Assembly: GCF_018350175.1 (NCBI RefSeq)
Contig: NC_058383.1
Coordinates: forward strand, 30,692,001 to 30,756,000
DNA length: 64,000 bases
Direction: 5' to 3'
Source: Felis catus
Lineage: Eukaryota
Both the position numbers and the translations under genes were made by a program. The notes beneath the pieces are model-generated. The model did no database searches. It saw only the letters and a list, made by a program, of their open reading frames with translations, and had not been told where the DNA came from. Shown here one piece after another: positions 1 to 12,148 of this stretch. How positions within the stretch are numbered: position 1 is the stretch's first letter; every line of letters starts with the position of its first letter.

Positions 1-399
1 GCCAGGCCAGCTTGTGCTGGGGCCTGCCCACCTGCTCACCCCCACTTCCACTCTGCACCTGCCCTTCTGCAGGGGCTAACCCAGGAAGGAGCTGGTCCGC
101 CTCAACAGGGAGGCTTGGAGTCGCACCGTCTGAGGGGTCCGTGGAGCGAGGTTCCGGGGAGTCCATCCCGTGTGTGAGATGCCTCTCCGGCCTCGGCAAG
201 CAGCGGTGTTCTTCTAGAGTGAGCTTCTCAGCTCGTCCTTTGACCTTGAGCATGTGAATTATGCCTTCTGCAGACAAAACAGGGAGGGGTCCGTGCCACC
301 TCTGTACCCTGGCTGGCTCCCCTGGGATACAAGTCCAGGGAGGCTCTTAGCTGAGGATCATGGCTACCAGAAAAAGCTCACTTAAAAAATGGGGACGGT

Positions 400-620
400 A
401 GGTGCCTGGGTGGCTCAGTCAGTTAGGCATCTGACTTGATTTTAGCTCAGGTCATGATCTCATGGTTGTGAGATGGAGCCCCGAGTTGGGCTCCACACTG
501 AGTGTAGAATCTGCTTGGGGTTCTCTCTCTGTCTCTCTCTCTTTCCCTCTGCCCCTCCCTACTTCGTGCACGTATGTATTCTCTCTCAAAATAAGTAAGC
601 AGACTTAAAAAATTGTTAAA
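400..620 (+). mobile_element. Can-SINE (SINEC, tRNA-derived carnivore SINE)
   Basis: ggtgcctgggtggctcagtc head, ggtcatgatctc core, (CT)n tract, A-rich tail; degraded TSD aaaaat(gt)gggga(a)cg on both sides. Confidence 0.9.
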
Positions 621-1239
621 AATGTGGGGAACGTAGGTCTTAGAAAATTGTGATGACATAAAGATAAAGGTTGATTTGAGACATTATTTTGCAAAAAGAG
701 ACAAATCATGGCAATCCATTTTACTTTAGCTTGTGTTTGCTAAACTGTTGTTTGTTGTTGCAAACATGCACCAACTCTTGGAATGCATAAGGAATGAATC
801 AAGTGTAGACTTGGTTTCCTTGGTCTGAATAGACTAAAATAATTGTTCAACAGCATCCTGCTTTTGACAGCAGAGGGTCCTTTTTGCATGAGAGAAAAAT
901 AATTACAGGTTTCATCAGTTTTCCTAAGGGTCTGATTCTGAATCCTCAGTAATCTGATTATTGCCCTTCTCAGGAACTCCCGTGTGTACATGTGTGTGTG
1001 TTTCTTCTGCCACAGCCTTACGTGTTGATGACTTCCCCTCTCCCGATTCTGGCAGTTCCCCGAGTGTCACTTTCATTGGCTTTATGAAGTCCCCTGTCTT
1101 TAGTATGATTTGTGGTTCAACACAGAGGTGCCTCTGCCTGGGTGCACAGCTTGGGCATTGTTTGTTTTGTTTTCGTAGGGGCTTAGTTCATAAACAGTCT
1201 ATTCATTAGCGTTTTCTTGTTATTAAAAAATTCTTTCTT

Positions 1240-1306
1240 GGGGCTCCTGGGCGGCTCAGTCGGTTAAGTGTCCCATTCTTGGTTTCGGCTTAGGTCATGA
1301 TCTCCC
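1240..1306 (+). mobile_element. Can-SINE 5' fragment (3' part missing)
   Basis: ggggctcctgggcggctcagtcggttaag...ggtcatgatctc, then abruptly non-SINE sequence. Confidence 0.85.
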
Positions 1307-1313
1307 TGTAATT

Positions 1314-2280
1314 ATATAATTGTAATTTGTTCGTTCTTAAAAACTGTGAAAGCAGACATTACAAGATGTTAATATTTGTTATCTGTGGGTGGTGGTAATA
1401 TAAACGTTAACATTATTTTTTGTACTCATCTGAATCTTCTAAGTTTTTCCAAAAAATGAAAAAAAAATTACAAGATTCCCTGTAGTGGCATCTAGATTGG
1501 AAAGCTCAGTCTAAGGGGAAAAGGGAAGGAAGCAGAGAATTACAGTCAGTGTAGACATCTTAGAGGGGACTTCATGACGCATTGGGCGTTTGTTTCTAAT
1601 ATTTAAATTCCTCTCTCCGTAAACTGCATTTGAAGCTGTGTAAATACTTTGCCTGCTATTATTGGATAGGGGCATGATTTCCCATAACACTGTGAGAATT
1701 GTGTCACCCCTGTTGCCTTGGATAGCCTCCATATCAGGGACATTTCTTCCCTCTTTCTTTCTTCTTTTCATTCCTAACAACCTTTACTTCATGGCTGTGT
1801 CTTCATGAAATCGCTCCATCAAACGTTTGCTTTGATGGGGACATCCATTCAGTTCAGAAGATTTTGGAGGTTGCCTATTGTATGCCAAGCTCATGTGTCA
1901 TGACAAAGACTGCTTTTTGTGTGTTTGATCCATCCACCTAGAAGCATTGTGATCAAGGTTAAAAAAAAAGGTGTTTTAACCTTGTCAAAGTCACTGACTC
2001 TCTGGCCAAACGTACCCATTCCTTAAAGGTAAAGGCAGGTGCCTCTGGTGTAGCTTGTGGCCATCAAAGGGGACTTGGGCTATAATTGTATGAAGATCAT
2101 ATAATTATAATTTTTTCATTCTTGAAAACTGTGCAAGTGGATATTACAAGATGTTAATATTTGTTATCCGTGGGTGGTGGGAATATAAAGGTTGCATTAT
2201 TTTTTGTACTCAACTGAATTTTCTCAGTTTTTCCAAAAATGAAAAAAGAATTAAAAGATTCCCTGTAGTGGCATCTAGAT
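1314..2280 (+). repeat. Local direct duplication, about 183 bp (1314-1497 and 2099-2280)
   Basis: Both copies read atataatt...attacaagatgttaatatttgttat...gattccctgtagtggcatctagat; roughly 90% identical by eye. Confidence 0.9.
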
Positions 2281-2474
2281 CGGGGTTAGCAGACTGTTTC
2301 TGTAAATGGCCAGATAGTACATATTTTAGGCTTTGTGGGCCAACAGGCAAAATTAAGAGTATTACATAGATGGTTAAATAAACCTACCTATAGGCATTTA
2401 AAAGGCTAAGAAGCATTCTTGATTCCCACACCTTATAAGAAAACAGTCCCTGAGCTGTAGTTTCACAACCCCTG
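2281..2474. mobile_element. MER58-family hAT-Charlie DNA transposon fossil
   Basis: ggggttagcagactgtttctgtaaatggccagatagtacatattttaggctttgtgggcc start and gtagttt...acccctg end match recalled MER58 termini. Confidence 0.75.
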
Positions 2475-3679
2475 GTCCAAGTACTTAAGATCAGTCACCA
2501 TTGACTCTTACATTAATAAGGATAATAGTTACAGAGCCATCAGTTTGTTTCAAAAAATTATGCCACTTAGCACTTTCCACATTTAGTCTTAAATGTGAAA
2601 AGCTTAAAATCTGAGGGAGGAAAAGATTTCCTTTCTTTGTTTTTGACTGACCGTGTTTTGAGTCTTTTATTGACACACTCTGCCTCTGATGTGTGTTATC
2701 TGTTTCTCACTTCCAAATTGCCTCTGAGTTGTCATACAGACGTGGCCTGAGGTTACTGAGCCACCTTCCCCCTCCTCTGTGCCACTGCGCTGCCTTGGGT
2801 CCACGCCTCGGTCCTACTGAATGCATGATGCTTGAGAAAGCAATTTCGCGAGCCAGAGAAAGGATGTCAGGAAGGTCACTGACAAAATAGTGCTCTAATG
2901 GAGTCCCACCCTATCAAGGAACCATCCTGGGACCTGTTGGAGAACAAGTGAAGTCTATTATTTTGTAAGAGCTTCCAAAAGCTAGTTTATATAGTGTTTG
3001 AAAGTGGATTATTGGTCACCCCAAAAGGAGAGTTACTGTCCTAAAACGTATAGGGTAGTGTTAGTTCCTTTTGGCTATTATGGGAAAGTCCCAACTCGCC
3101 CATTGCAGAGAGTAAGGAAGTTTCTTATCTCATGTCAGTAGAAGGCTGGGCATGGTTCAGGCTCTCAGCCAGGCCACCTCGGGGACCAGGATCTTGCTTT
3201 GATTCTGCTTGCTGCCCCCCACCCGCCACTCCACGCAGCCTTTTCCTCCGATTCAACTTTCTCAGATGGCTGCCATAGTTCTGGACTTGACATTCAGAAG
3301 TGAGAGGGGGCTTCTGAGAAGAAGCAGAACCTTTCCCAGGACCCCGGCAGATCTCTTCCCACAGCTTCATACCCAGACCTGGGCCACAGACCAATTCCAA
3401 GCTCATCACTTAGTGGCTGTAGGAGGACATTTACCACCGCGGCCGTGACCTTGGCTCTGGGAGGAAGCCCATGAGCTCCTGGAGGAGGATGTTTCCCGGA
3501 ACAAAATCAGGATTTTTTTCCACCAAAGAGAAAAAGGGAGGGGCATGGTATTAAAAGGTGGCCAGCCGCGCCTCCTGTGGCAAGGAAGAAAGGACCCACG
3601 TTCACACCTTATTTCAGGGACAGTGCCGAAAAGCGTTGTGTTTCCAGCGTGCAGTGAACCCGTGCTGAGGATTAAACCC

Positions 3680-3830
3680 ATCATCTCTGAAACTCACAGC
3701 AACTCCATGAGGGATCTGTTGGCATCCCTTTTTGAAAATGGAGGAAATGGACATTCAGGGAGGTAAAGTAGCTTGTCATGTGGCATTTAAGTGACAAGAC
3801 ATGATTCCGAATCCGTGCTCATTTCTCTGT
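3680..3830 (-). mobile_element. MIR fragment
   Basis: ctcacagcaactccatgagg...tttgaaaatggaggaaatggacattcagggaggtaaagtagcttg resembles the MIR core. Confidence 0.55.
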
Positions 3831-4019
3831 CTCTGTCTTCCACCCTCTTGTTAGTAATAATCAGGCCTTCTTTGACGAGGAACTCGGTAATTCTTTTGTA
3901 AGATCGGAAAATGCCGTAACTCTACTTCTCTGTAGGTAATACTGACACAATGGGGAGTTTGGAATTTCTCCTCCAGGACACCTCCTAACACACAGCTTAT
4001 GAGTTGCCTCAAGTTTCAT

Positions 4020-4560
4020 ATACTCATTCACCGTCCATCTGTCCAACAGTCATTTATAGAGCAGTAGTTCTATTCTCTTCCTTCTGAGGATGGGTATCCA
4101 GTTAAATAGATTTGCCCTCTGTCCTCACAGACCAGTAGGGGAAACCAAGGTGGGAAGCAAGAACCCACAGGATGCAAGTAGAGGAATGTGCAAGAATCAG
4201 GAGGAAGGAGAATCAGCTTGTTTCAGCTGGGCCAGGATGCTTTCCTCAAGGAGCTGAGCAGGCAGGGGCTTGACGGGTAAGAGCTCACCAGGCAGATGTG
4301 GGCAGGAAGGGGGCATTCAAACCACAGGACAGCGCCCCACAACAGCCTGGTGCGTGTGGACGCTGGCCTTGAAACCACTGGTGAGTAGAGCAGGACTCGA
4401 GATGTTTGGTGGTGTATAACAGGAGGGAGATCCGGACCCTCAGGTGTTACAGAAGCACAGAAAGGTTTTATGTCAGTCCGGTTTTGCATTTTAGAAAGAA
4501 CAGCCTTGCTCGGTGTGTCCACGATGCACTTTTTTCTTTCCCAACCTGGATTTGTTCAGG
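4020..4560 (-). mobile_element. L2 fragment
   Basis: cattca...caacagtcatttatagagc tail followed by purine-rich L2-like body (ggatgctttcctcaaggag...ggggcattc). Confidence 0.45.
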
Positions 4561-4609
4561 ATGCCAGCGGGACAGGCTGAAAATGCGCCTTGCCAGACCC
4601 CTCGACACC

Positions 4610-4950
4610 TAGTGTGACTGCTTGTCTCTGTCCTGGAATCTAGCCCTTGGGGCTTCCTGGACAGCTTTTGGCCGGCCCCTCTCTCTTCTTCCTGCCTGGA
4701 ATGTGGACACAGGGTCTGGAAGCCCTGCAGCCATCATGCTGTCTTGAGGACAAAGCCATGAGCTGAGAATGGCAGAGCAGAAAAACAGAAGGAAGCTGCA
4801 AACACAAAACACAAACACAAACACATATTTGGTGAAATCCTTGAGCGAAACTGTATGCACCCTGACCACCCGCCTCCTTTCTTTATGTGAGACGGATAAA
4901 TACATCGTAAGTCCAAATGTACCTTTTACTTCTTCAAGCCGCTGTCGTCC
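4610..4950 (+). mobile_element. MaLR LTR (MLT1J-like)
   Basis: cttcctgcctggaatgtggac...gcagccatc...gaggacaaagcc...gaatggcagagcagaaa resembles MLT1J-type LTR. Confidence 0.6.
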
Positions 4951-5989
4951 TGACACATCTGGGGACAGAGTGGGGGGCGGCCAGGAAGGCAGGAAGACAA
5001 GGGGAACCGGCAGCCACAGAGACCGTCCTGGGGGTGCAGAGCCGAAAGCGCTGTGAGCGGGCTCTAGCACAAAAGCAGTGGGACACATGGCCTGTGTCCA
5101 TGGAGCAGGTGACTGCATGCCGGCCCGGGGAAGGTCACGAGAGGAGGAGCAGGTGTTGGGGGCGAAAGCATTGCGTGAGTCAAGTTTGCCCTTTGCTTGC
5201 AGGGACCTTGGGAAGAGGGAGCCTCGACTCGGTCCAACAACTGTCTGGGCTGGGAAATGGCTTGGAGTCGTCAGCAGCGGGGTCGGGTGGCTGAGGTCAC
5301 ACGGAGGCAGTAGTCGTCCCGTCCCGAGGGAAGACAAGGGCGTGGCCAGTTCCCCAGGGAAGACCACCAGGTAAAGGGCTCATGGAAAAGCTCACTCTTC
5401 GGGCACATGCCGTGCCGATCTGCCTGATGGCCACCTTTCTTTCTCTGGGTATTGACCCAGAAGCTGACTTTCCTGAGGCCCCCTCCCATCTCAGTGGCCG
5501 CCGCTCCCCTCCGAGACCTCCCTGTCTTGAGTCCAGGCTGGAGCACCTTTTCCCCAGCAAGTTTCATGCTCGACACCCTGCAGAGCCTCTCCATTCCACG
5601 GCTGGCTGCCACCTCTGTCTACCTCCCCTGAGTATTTTTGGATGGATTTCCAGTTTGATACATGAACATGCCGTCAGTCAAAACAATCTTTTTAATGAGC
5701 CTCTTGTCCTGACAGCTGTGTTTAAGATAGGGCATGGAAGCCGGGTAATGGAAATCTAGAAAATTGTCCATTCTGGATTGAAACCTTAATGTGTGCCCCA
5801 CACTCCCATCTCACCAGCCCACCATCTTCTTTTAAAAATAAAGAGGAAATTATGAATAGCGAAAAAAGATGTAATTTGTGCAAATGGAAAAAAAAGATCT
5901 TCTGATCAGATGTTTCGAGAAGGATGAGAGGAAGGTATAATTATTGAGCGTTGCCCGAGCCCGTCACATGCAGCTTCCTGCCACGCAGC

Positions 5990-6160
5990 CTTGGACACGG
6001 CTGTGAGTCTCTCTCGATCTTCCAAGTGGCCCTGGGGGTGGTCGATACTGGTTCTGCCTTCCGAGTGACAAAACGGGAGGCTCAGAGAGGTCGGTGGACA
6101 GGCTCCGCTCACACAGCCTGGTGATAGCAGTCTGAGGTTCAAGCCCTCATCCCCCTGTCC
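5990..6160 (-). mobile_element. MIR fragment
   Basis: aaacgggaggctcagagaggtcggtggac...acacagcctggtgatagcagtctgaggttcaagccc. Confidence 0.55.
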
Positions 6161-8254
6161 CCTACCCCCAGCTGCCACTGCTTTTTTTTGGCGACCAAAT
6201 ATTAGTCTTAATAAAACACAGCCCTCCTCTTGAGAATCCCACGCAGGTTTTGAATTGCCGCGTTGTCGGGAAGGGGAAAAATTAAATGGAAAAGCTGAAC
6301 ACAGCCTCCCGTGTGGGTAAATGGGAGGTGAGCCTGAATTTTGGAGGTGTATCGTGAATCCTCGAGTTCACGGTGGGAGGTGGGGCTACACCGCGACCCT
6401 CCTCCCTGGGCTTTGGATGTGGGGGCCACCCGGCACCTGCAGACCGCGGGCTGCTCTCCGGCCTGGGTCGTGGTAGCTCAGGTGCCCCAAAGGTGGGCAG
6501 GTCGGGTGCGGCGGTGGAAGCGGAAACGTCATGTCACAGACGGGAACCGGGCCCCTCTGGGTGTCCGCGTGATGACCAGCGGCTCTCTCCCCAGCTGCTC
6601 TTCTGCGGGGCTCTTGGATCCACTGCCAGCCTGTTTCCGCCGAAGATGCACAGCCCTCGGTGTCCTCGGGCCACTTCTCTCACCTTCCTGTAGTTTCGGT
6701 GAAGAAAAGCCTTGGGTGGGGAATACTGTCATTTCTGTTGATCATTACTGAGGCAAGGCAAGGAAAGTGTACTTTTGTTTTTTTGTTTTTTTGTTTTTTT
6801 TTTTTTACGGGAGTACATTTTTTCCAAAAGAAAGAAAAAACCTCTTGTGGTTATAGGGCAGGGATGAGTTGGCCTTGAGTGAAGGTCATTTCAACAGCTG
6901 GCCCTTCGTTCCCATTCAGTCCTCTCTGGGGAGAGGAGGCTGCGGGTCCGTCAGCCGAGCCACATGTTTCACGTCACGTGGAGCAGACATCTGGGCAAAC
7001 GCCTGAGCGAACCAGATGTCGGCGAGTTACCTAGTGCCCCCAGGAGAGGGGGAGGCACGAATGGAGTGGTCACCCGCCGGCTGTGGCCGTTCACCCCCGT
7101 CTGTCCGCAGGCTGGGTCCCAGCTCCTGGAGGAGACAGTGCACCCCTCACCCCGGGCAGTGCCGCTTGGCTTCGGTGCTCCATACACCTGGGGGTCTGTC
7201 CCTGTGCCGGTGATCCTGCGGCACACGGGGCTGGGTGGGCTCCTCCCCCGAGACCCGCCGCAGTGGCTGGGCGATGAGACTCCTTCCTCCCAGGAGCGGT
7301 GTGCTCCCAGGTCCTCCCGGGGCTCTCTGAGAAGCTGTGCTAACTCTCAGTTCCTCCGCATACCTGCAGGGCCGAAGGGCGCTGAACCTGCCCGACCTCC
7401 CGCTTTAAAATACACAACGATCAGCTGACAGCCTGGATGTTTACATCTTGGAAATACAGCTTTCAGGCTTTTATGGAGGGTCAAGCTGTGTGTGCCGAGT
7501 GAAACAATTAAGAGATACAGTGTTGAGCGCATAAAAGCAAGTTGCAAACCCATAGAGAGAGTATCTCATTTTTGTGAAATCGTGGACTTGTGTGTATATG
7601 CATTGCCATAGACCTGTATCTAGTACCTGTGTTATTAGTATAGACATTCACATTATCTGGACAATACACACTAAACTCAAATGGGAAGAGAAAGTTGACA
7701 TTTTCCTGACCCTCCTTTTTGTTTTTTTCATGCTTATATTTTTACAATATTTGATTGTATTTTTAGCAAACATGCCTTGCTTTTTTTTCTTCGAACTTTT
7801 TATTCGGAAATATTTTAAGGCTTATAGAAGAGTTGCAAGTGAAAGGAAAACCTGTATTCCTTTCACCCAGATTTATCTGGCATTTTACCCCAGTTGCTTT
7901 CTTTTGTTTATTATTTGTGAGAGGTATGGCAAATATGTATCTTTTTTTTCTGATGTGTTTGAGGGTAAGCTGCATGCATCACGTGTGTTTGTTCGTTTAT
8001 CCCGTCTGACACAAACGAAAGCCTACTGTATACGCTTTTTGCACTTCCTTCACATAATTTTTCTTGGCTGTCATCCGTATCAGCTCGTGGGGATCTTCCT
8101 GATTCTTCCTTCCAGCCGCGCTGTGTGTATGCCATAGCTTATTCAGCTGCTCTCCTAAGGCAGGGAGCACAGTCCAGATAAACAGTGGAAAGGAAGTTTC
8201 AAAACCACTGAACAGAGCAAGCTGAGGCTCTTAATAGAAAGTCGTTATTTTTAT

Positions 8255-8445
8255 TTTTTTAAAAGTTTGTGTATTTATTTTGAGAGGGAGAGAGAGAGAG
8301 AGAGAGGAGAGAAAGAATCCCAAGCAGGCTCCACATGATCAGTATGGAGCCTCTGCGGGGCTCAAACCCGCACACCATGAGATCATGACCCGAGCCGGAA
8401 GCCAAGAGTCAGATGCTTAACCGAACTGAGCCACCCAGGCACCCC
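8255..8445 (-). mobile_element. Can-SINE
   Basis: T-rich tail, (GA)n, gagatcatgacc, ctgagccacccaggcacccc; TSD-like agtc(ttt)gttattttta flanks. Confidence 0.92.
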
Positions 8446-8949
8446 AGTCTTTGTTATTTTTAAAGTGGGTGGGGCTGTGGGAGAATTCGGTGGGGGGCGG
8501 GGGGGAGGTGGCGGGAGCCCTTGGGCGGCCCTAGTACTCCCGGAGAGAGTACTAGAGGCGTCAGGAGGTGCAGCTGACCTCCCTGGGTTAGTGTCCGTGG
8601 AAGCCGAGCCTGAGACACGGATTCGTCAGACATACGAGGGAGGCTCCCTGAGGAGGGAAGTGACGACACAGGACAGGGCTGGCGACAAAGCTAAGCAAAG
8701 ATACGTGCTCAGGATTTCAGCCTGATCCAGCCAGAGCTCCAGAGCAAGAGTCACCCCACAGAGGTGGACCCACCTTGAGGCAGGGGGCCACGACGCCCAA
8801 TCCCCATGTACAGTAGTCCATTTTAGGGATGTGGAAACATTAAAAATAATATACACGATGAGACTTGTTTACAATGCCTGGCCCGTAGTAGGTCTGCAAA
8901 AAAAAAAAATACTATTGTGGTCATTATTCCCTCTTTTCCCCTCCCCCAC

Positions 8950-9230
8950 TGCACCGTAACAGCTTTATTGACGCAACCTACCATTAACATACCACACAGT
9001 TCACTTATTTAAAGCGTACACTTCAGCAGTCTTGAGTTCATTCACAGAGTTTTGCACTGGCCACCACAGTCAGCTTTAGAACATTTGCACGGCCCTGTAA
9101 AGAAACCCCGCATCCTTCAGCCGTCACTACCCATTCCTCCGTCCCTGCCCTACAAGTCTACTTTCTGTTGCCATACATGTGCCTGTTCTGGATGCTTCAT
9201 AGAAGAGGAGTCCTATACCACATGGTCTGG
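8950..9230 (-). mobile_element. Old L1 3' end fragment (L1MB-like)
   Basis: aacagctttattga...ataccacacagttcacttatttaaagcgtac...ttcacagagttttgcac pattern of L1MB 3' UTR antisense. Confidence 0.6.
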
Positions 9231-9689
9231 GGGCCGGCCTTTTGCACTCTCGCGTCATTCGGTCATTGGCTGTGCCCCCAGCCCGGGCTTTGGTTTAGTC
9301 CTTCAGGGCTCAGGGGAAGGGCAGCTGTGAGCCATTCACGGCCAGCCCTCCCACAGCCGAAGGATGGATGCACCAGCCCGTGAAGGGGCCTGGCAGGGAC
9401 ACCAACAACATCCACCAGAGTAAGTCGTGTGAAAGGGCTCTGTGAAGAGTAAGATGACAGATAATCCAGGGTGTTAGAGGAACAGGGAGGAGAGCAGTTA
9501 CTCAGAATTTCTGGATAAATGGAAACACAGTGTTGTTCTGGGCAGTCTCCCTTTTAATCTTTGAAAGGCTCTGCCTTATCACCAAGGAGTGCAGTCTCAG
9601 TGACCAGACTCTCACACCCTTTGTGGAAATTTAAGTTGGTTTCTTTCCTTACGAAGAATTTGACGGTAATATCAAAAGTCTAAAACTAC

Positions 9690-10631
9690 GGGAACATGGA
9701 AGACTAAATTTTCCCCCTGAGATCGGGAACAAGGAAAAGTTGCCTGTTTTCACCATTCCTATGTAATAGCAGATTGGAGATTCTGGTCATAATGAAAAGC
9801 AAGAAAAAGAATAACAATCAGAAAAGAAGAAATAAAACTATCCATATTTGCAGATGACATGATTGTTTACTTAGAAAATCCCAGGACTCTACAAAACAAT
9901 TACTAGAACTAATAAATGAACTTAGCAGGGTCTCAGGATATTAGGTTAATAGAAACACAAATCAATTGTATTTTTATATATCAGCAACAAACCCTTGTCA
10001 CATGAAATTGTAAAAATAATTCAATTTGCCATAGTACCAAAAAAACATAAAATATTCAGGAATAACAAAGGGCTTGTAAGACTTAAGCCCTAAAAACTGT
10101 AAAACATTGCTGAGATTAATTAAAGAAGATGTAAGTCAATGGAAAGATAGACTATGTTCATGGATTGGAAGACTGTTGCTAATGTGGCATTTTTTCCAAA
10201 TTGATTTGTAGATTCAACATACCAATCAAACTTCCTGTAGTTTTATTTTGGATAGAAATTGCAGACTGATTCTAAAATTTCTGTGGAAGTGCAAGTTACC
10301 TATAATAGCAAAATGGTTTTGAAAGAAAAGAACAAAGTTGAAAGACCTACCCTACCTGATTTCAAGACTACCTGTAAACCTACAGTGATCAAAACTGGCA
10401 TTTGGTATAAGAAAAACAGATTAGTAGAACAGAAAAGTAAGTTTAGAAATAAACCCAAACATATATGGTTAATCCGTTTTCATCAAATGTTGAGGCAATT
10501 CTGGAAATAACCCTAGGGTCCATCAGGAGTGTTGAATGGGTAAACAAATTATGGGATATCCATACAATGAAATATTACCTAGCAATAAAAAGGATGAACT
10601 CTTGGTGTGTGTGTGTGTATGTATATGTATA

Positions 10632-10672
<41 letters not shown>

Positions 10673-10688
10673 GTATATGTGTGTGTGT

Positions 10689-10726
<38 letters not shown>

Positions 10727-10766
10727 GACTAACTCTTGGTATATATATTGGATGTGTGTGTATGTG

Positions 10767-10822
<56 letters not shown>

Positions 10823-10883
10823 CATATACATATATATATATGTACACACATGACTAACTCTTGGTATATATATTGGATGTGTG

Positions 10884-10934
<51 letters not shown>

Positions 10935-11240
10935 CTCCAATAATGTGGATGAATCTTTCAAAATCATGCTACATGAGAGAAGCCAGATCAAAAATGTGTG
11001 CATACTATGTGATTCCATTATATAAAATCCATATTAATCTATAGAAACAGCAGGTCACACATGGCATGGGGCAGGACGTTGGGAGGGAGTGATTCCAGAG
11101 GAGCACGAGGAAACTTGGGAATGATGGGTGTGTTCGTGATCTTGATCTTGGTGATGGTTTCCAGGTGTTTACATGTGTTCAAATTGATCGAATATGGGAA
11201 GTTTATGGTTCTTCAATTATATTTGAAGCTGAACCAAAAA
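9690..11240 (+). mobile_element. Old degenerate L1 (L1M), ORF2 3' part and 3' UTR, interrupted by a microsatellite
   Basis: atttgcagatgacatgattg (LFADDMI RT motif), tactagaactaataaatga, tgttcatggattggaaga, LPDFKT-like translation in ORF 10259-10510, and 3' UTR-like tgtggatgaatct...tgtgattccatt. Confidence 0.85.
10604..10934. repeat. Compound (TG)n/(TA)n microsatellite with a duplicated internal spacer
   Basis: Alternating TG/TA runs; acacatgactaactcttggtatatatattggatgtgtgt occurs at 10721 and 10846. Confidence 0.97.
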
Positions 11241-11619
11241 AGTCGAGCTATGCTTGGACCCAGTAGTTCACCTTCCTTGTAAAATTTGAGAACTATTGAC
11301 CCTAGAGCTACTTTTTTTTTTAATTTTTTGTCTGTTTGTGTATGTGGTGTGGTTGTTTTTGCTCTGCAAAAAGGCCTTGTATGATATTAATAATTCAGTG
11401 CTTCTGTTACTGAACTATTCAGTCATTTAAGTAATTGATATAATAATGGCATTCAATTGTCAGGAGCCTACTGTGTGCAAGGCACAAAATAGCTGTTTCT
11501 CACAGCAGCAGCTTTGCAGGGTAGCTCTTATTATCTCCATCTTTCAGATGATGAAACTAAAGCCATTCAGTTAAAAAGCGCCAACACCGGGATTGAATTT
11601 CCATCTCTGTCCCCCTCCA

Positions 11620-12148
11620 GAACTGTTCTGTTCAGTGTCATACCCGCACGTGGCTGGTCCAGATTGAGGTGGGCTCTAAGCGTAAAACACACTCTGGATT
11701 TTCGAGACTTGGTATGAAAGTAATGTAAAATTGGTAACATTTTATATATCGATTCTATGTTGAATAACATTTTATTTTTTTATTTTATTAAAAAAAATTT
11801 TTTTAACATTTATTTATTTTTGAGACAGAGAGAGACAGAGCATGAACGGGGGAAGGTCAGAGAGAGAGGGAGACACAGAATCCGAAACAGGCTTGAGGCT
11901 CTGAGCTGTCAGCACAGAGCCCGATGCGGGGCTCGAACTCACGGACCGCGAGATCATGACCTGAGCCGAAGTCGGCCGCTCAACCGACTGAGCCACCCAG
12001 GCACCCCTTGAATAACATTTTAAATATTGGGTTAAATACGTAACTAAAATTAATTTCACCTGTCACTGTTTACTTTTTAAAATGCAGCTACTAGAAAATT
12101 TAAAATTACACAAGAGGCTCACATTATGCTTCCTTTAAGCAGGGCCAC
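11620..12148. mobile_element. MER33 hAT-Charlie fossil, split by a SINE
   Basis: tggctggtccagattgag...taaaacacactctggattttcgagacttggtatg and aaattaatttcacctgt...gctactagaaaatttaaaattaca match recalled MER33. Confidence 0.75.
11775..12007 (-). mobile_element. Young felid Can-SINE (SINEC_Fc-like)
   Basis: Near-consensus, CpG-retaining body; perfect 15-bp TSD ttgaataacatttta at 11760-11774 and 12008-12022. Confidence 0.97.

Noticed and set aside
400..480. tRNA-like A/B boxes in SINE heads
   Set aside because: tRNA-derived SINE promoters, not tRNA genes: they continue into SINE body, CT tract and A tail.
4609..7428. Overlapping 100-250-aa ORFs in GC-rich DNA
   Set aside because: No recognisable domain, open on both strands and partly inside an LTR, as expected by chance at high GC.
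8465..8520. G-run cluster (possible G-quadruplex)
   Set aside because: A common motif in GC-rich mammalian DNA, with nothing linking it to function here.
10465..11044. ORFs rich in CV/YI/HT dipeptides, and a repeat-spacer-like look
   Set aside because: These are translations of a TG/TA microsatellite. The apparent spacers are simple repeats, so this is not CRISPR.
11757..12059. Recurrent ORFs containing GAWVAQSV...AQVMIS (also at 34079, 47535 and others)
   Set aside because: Translations of Can-SINEs.
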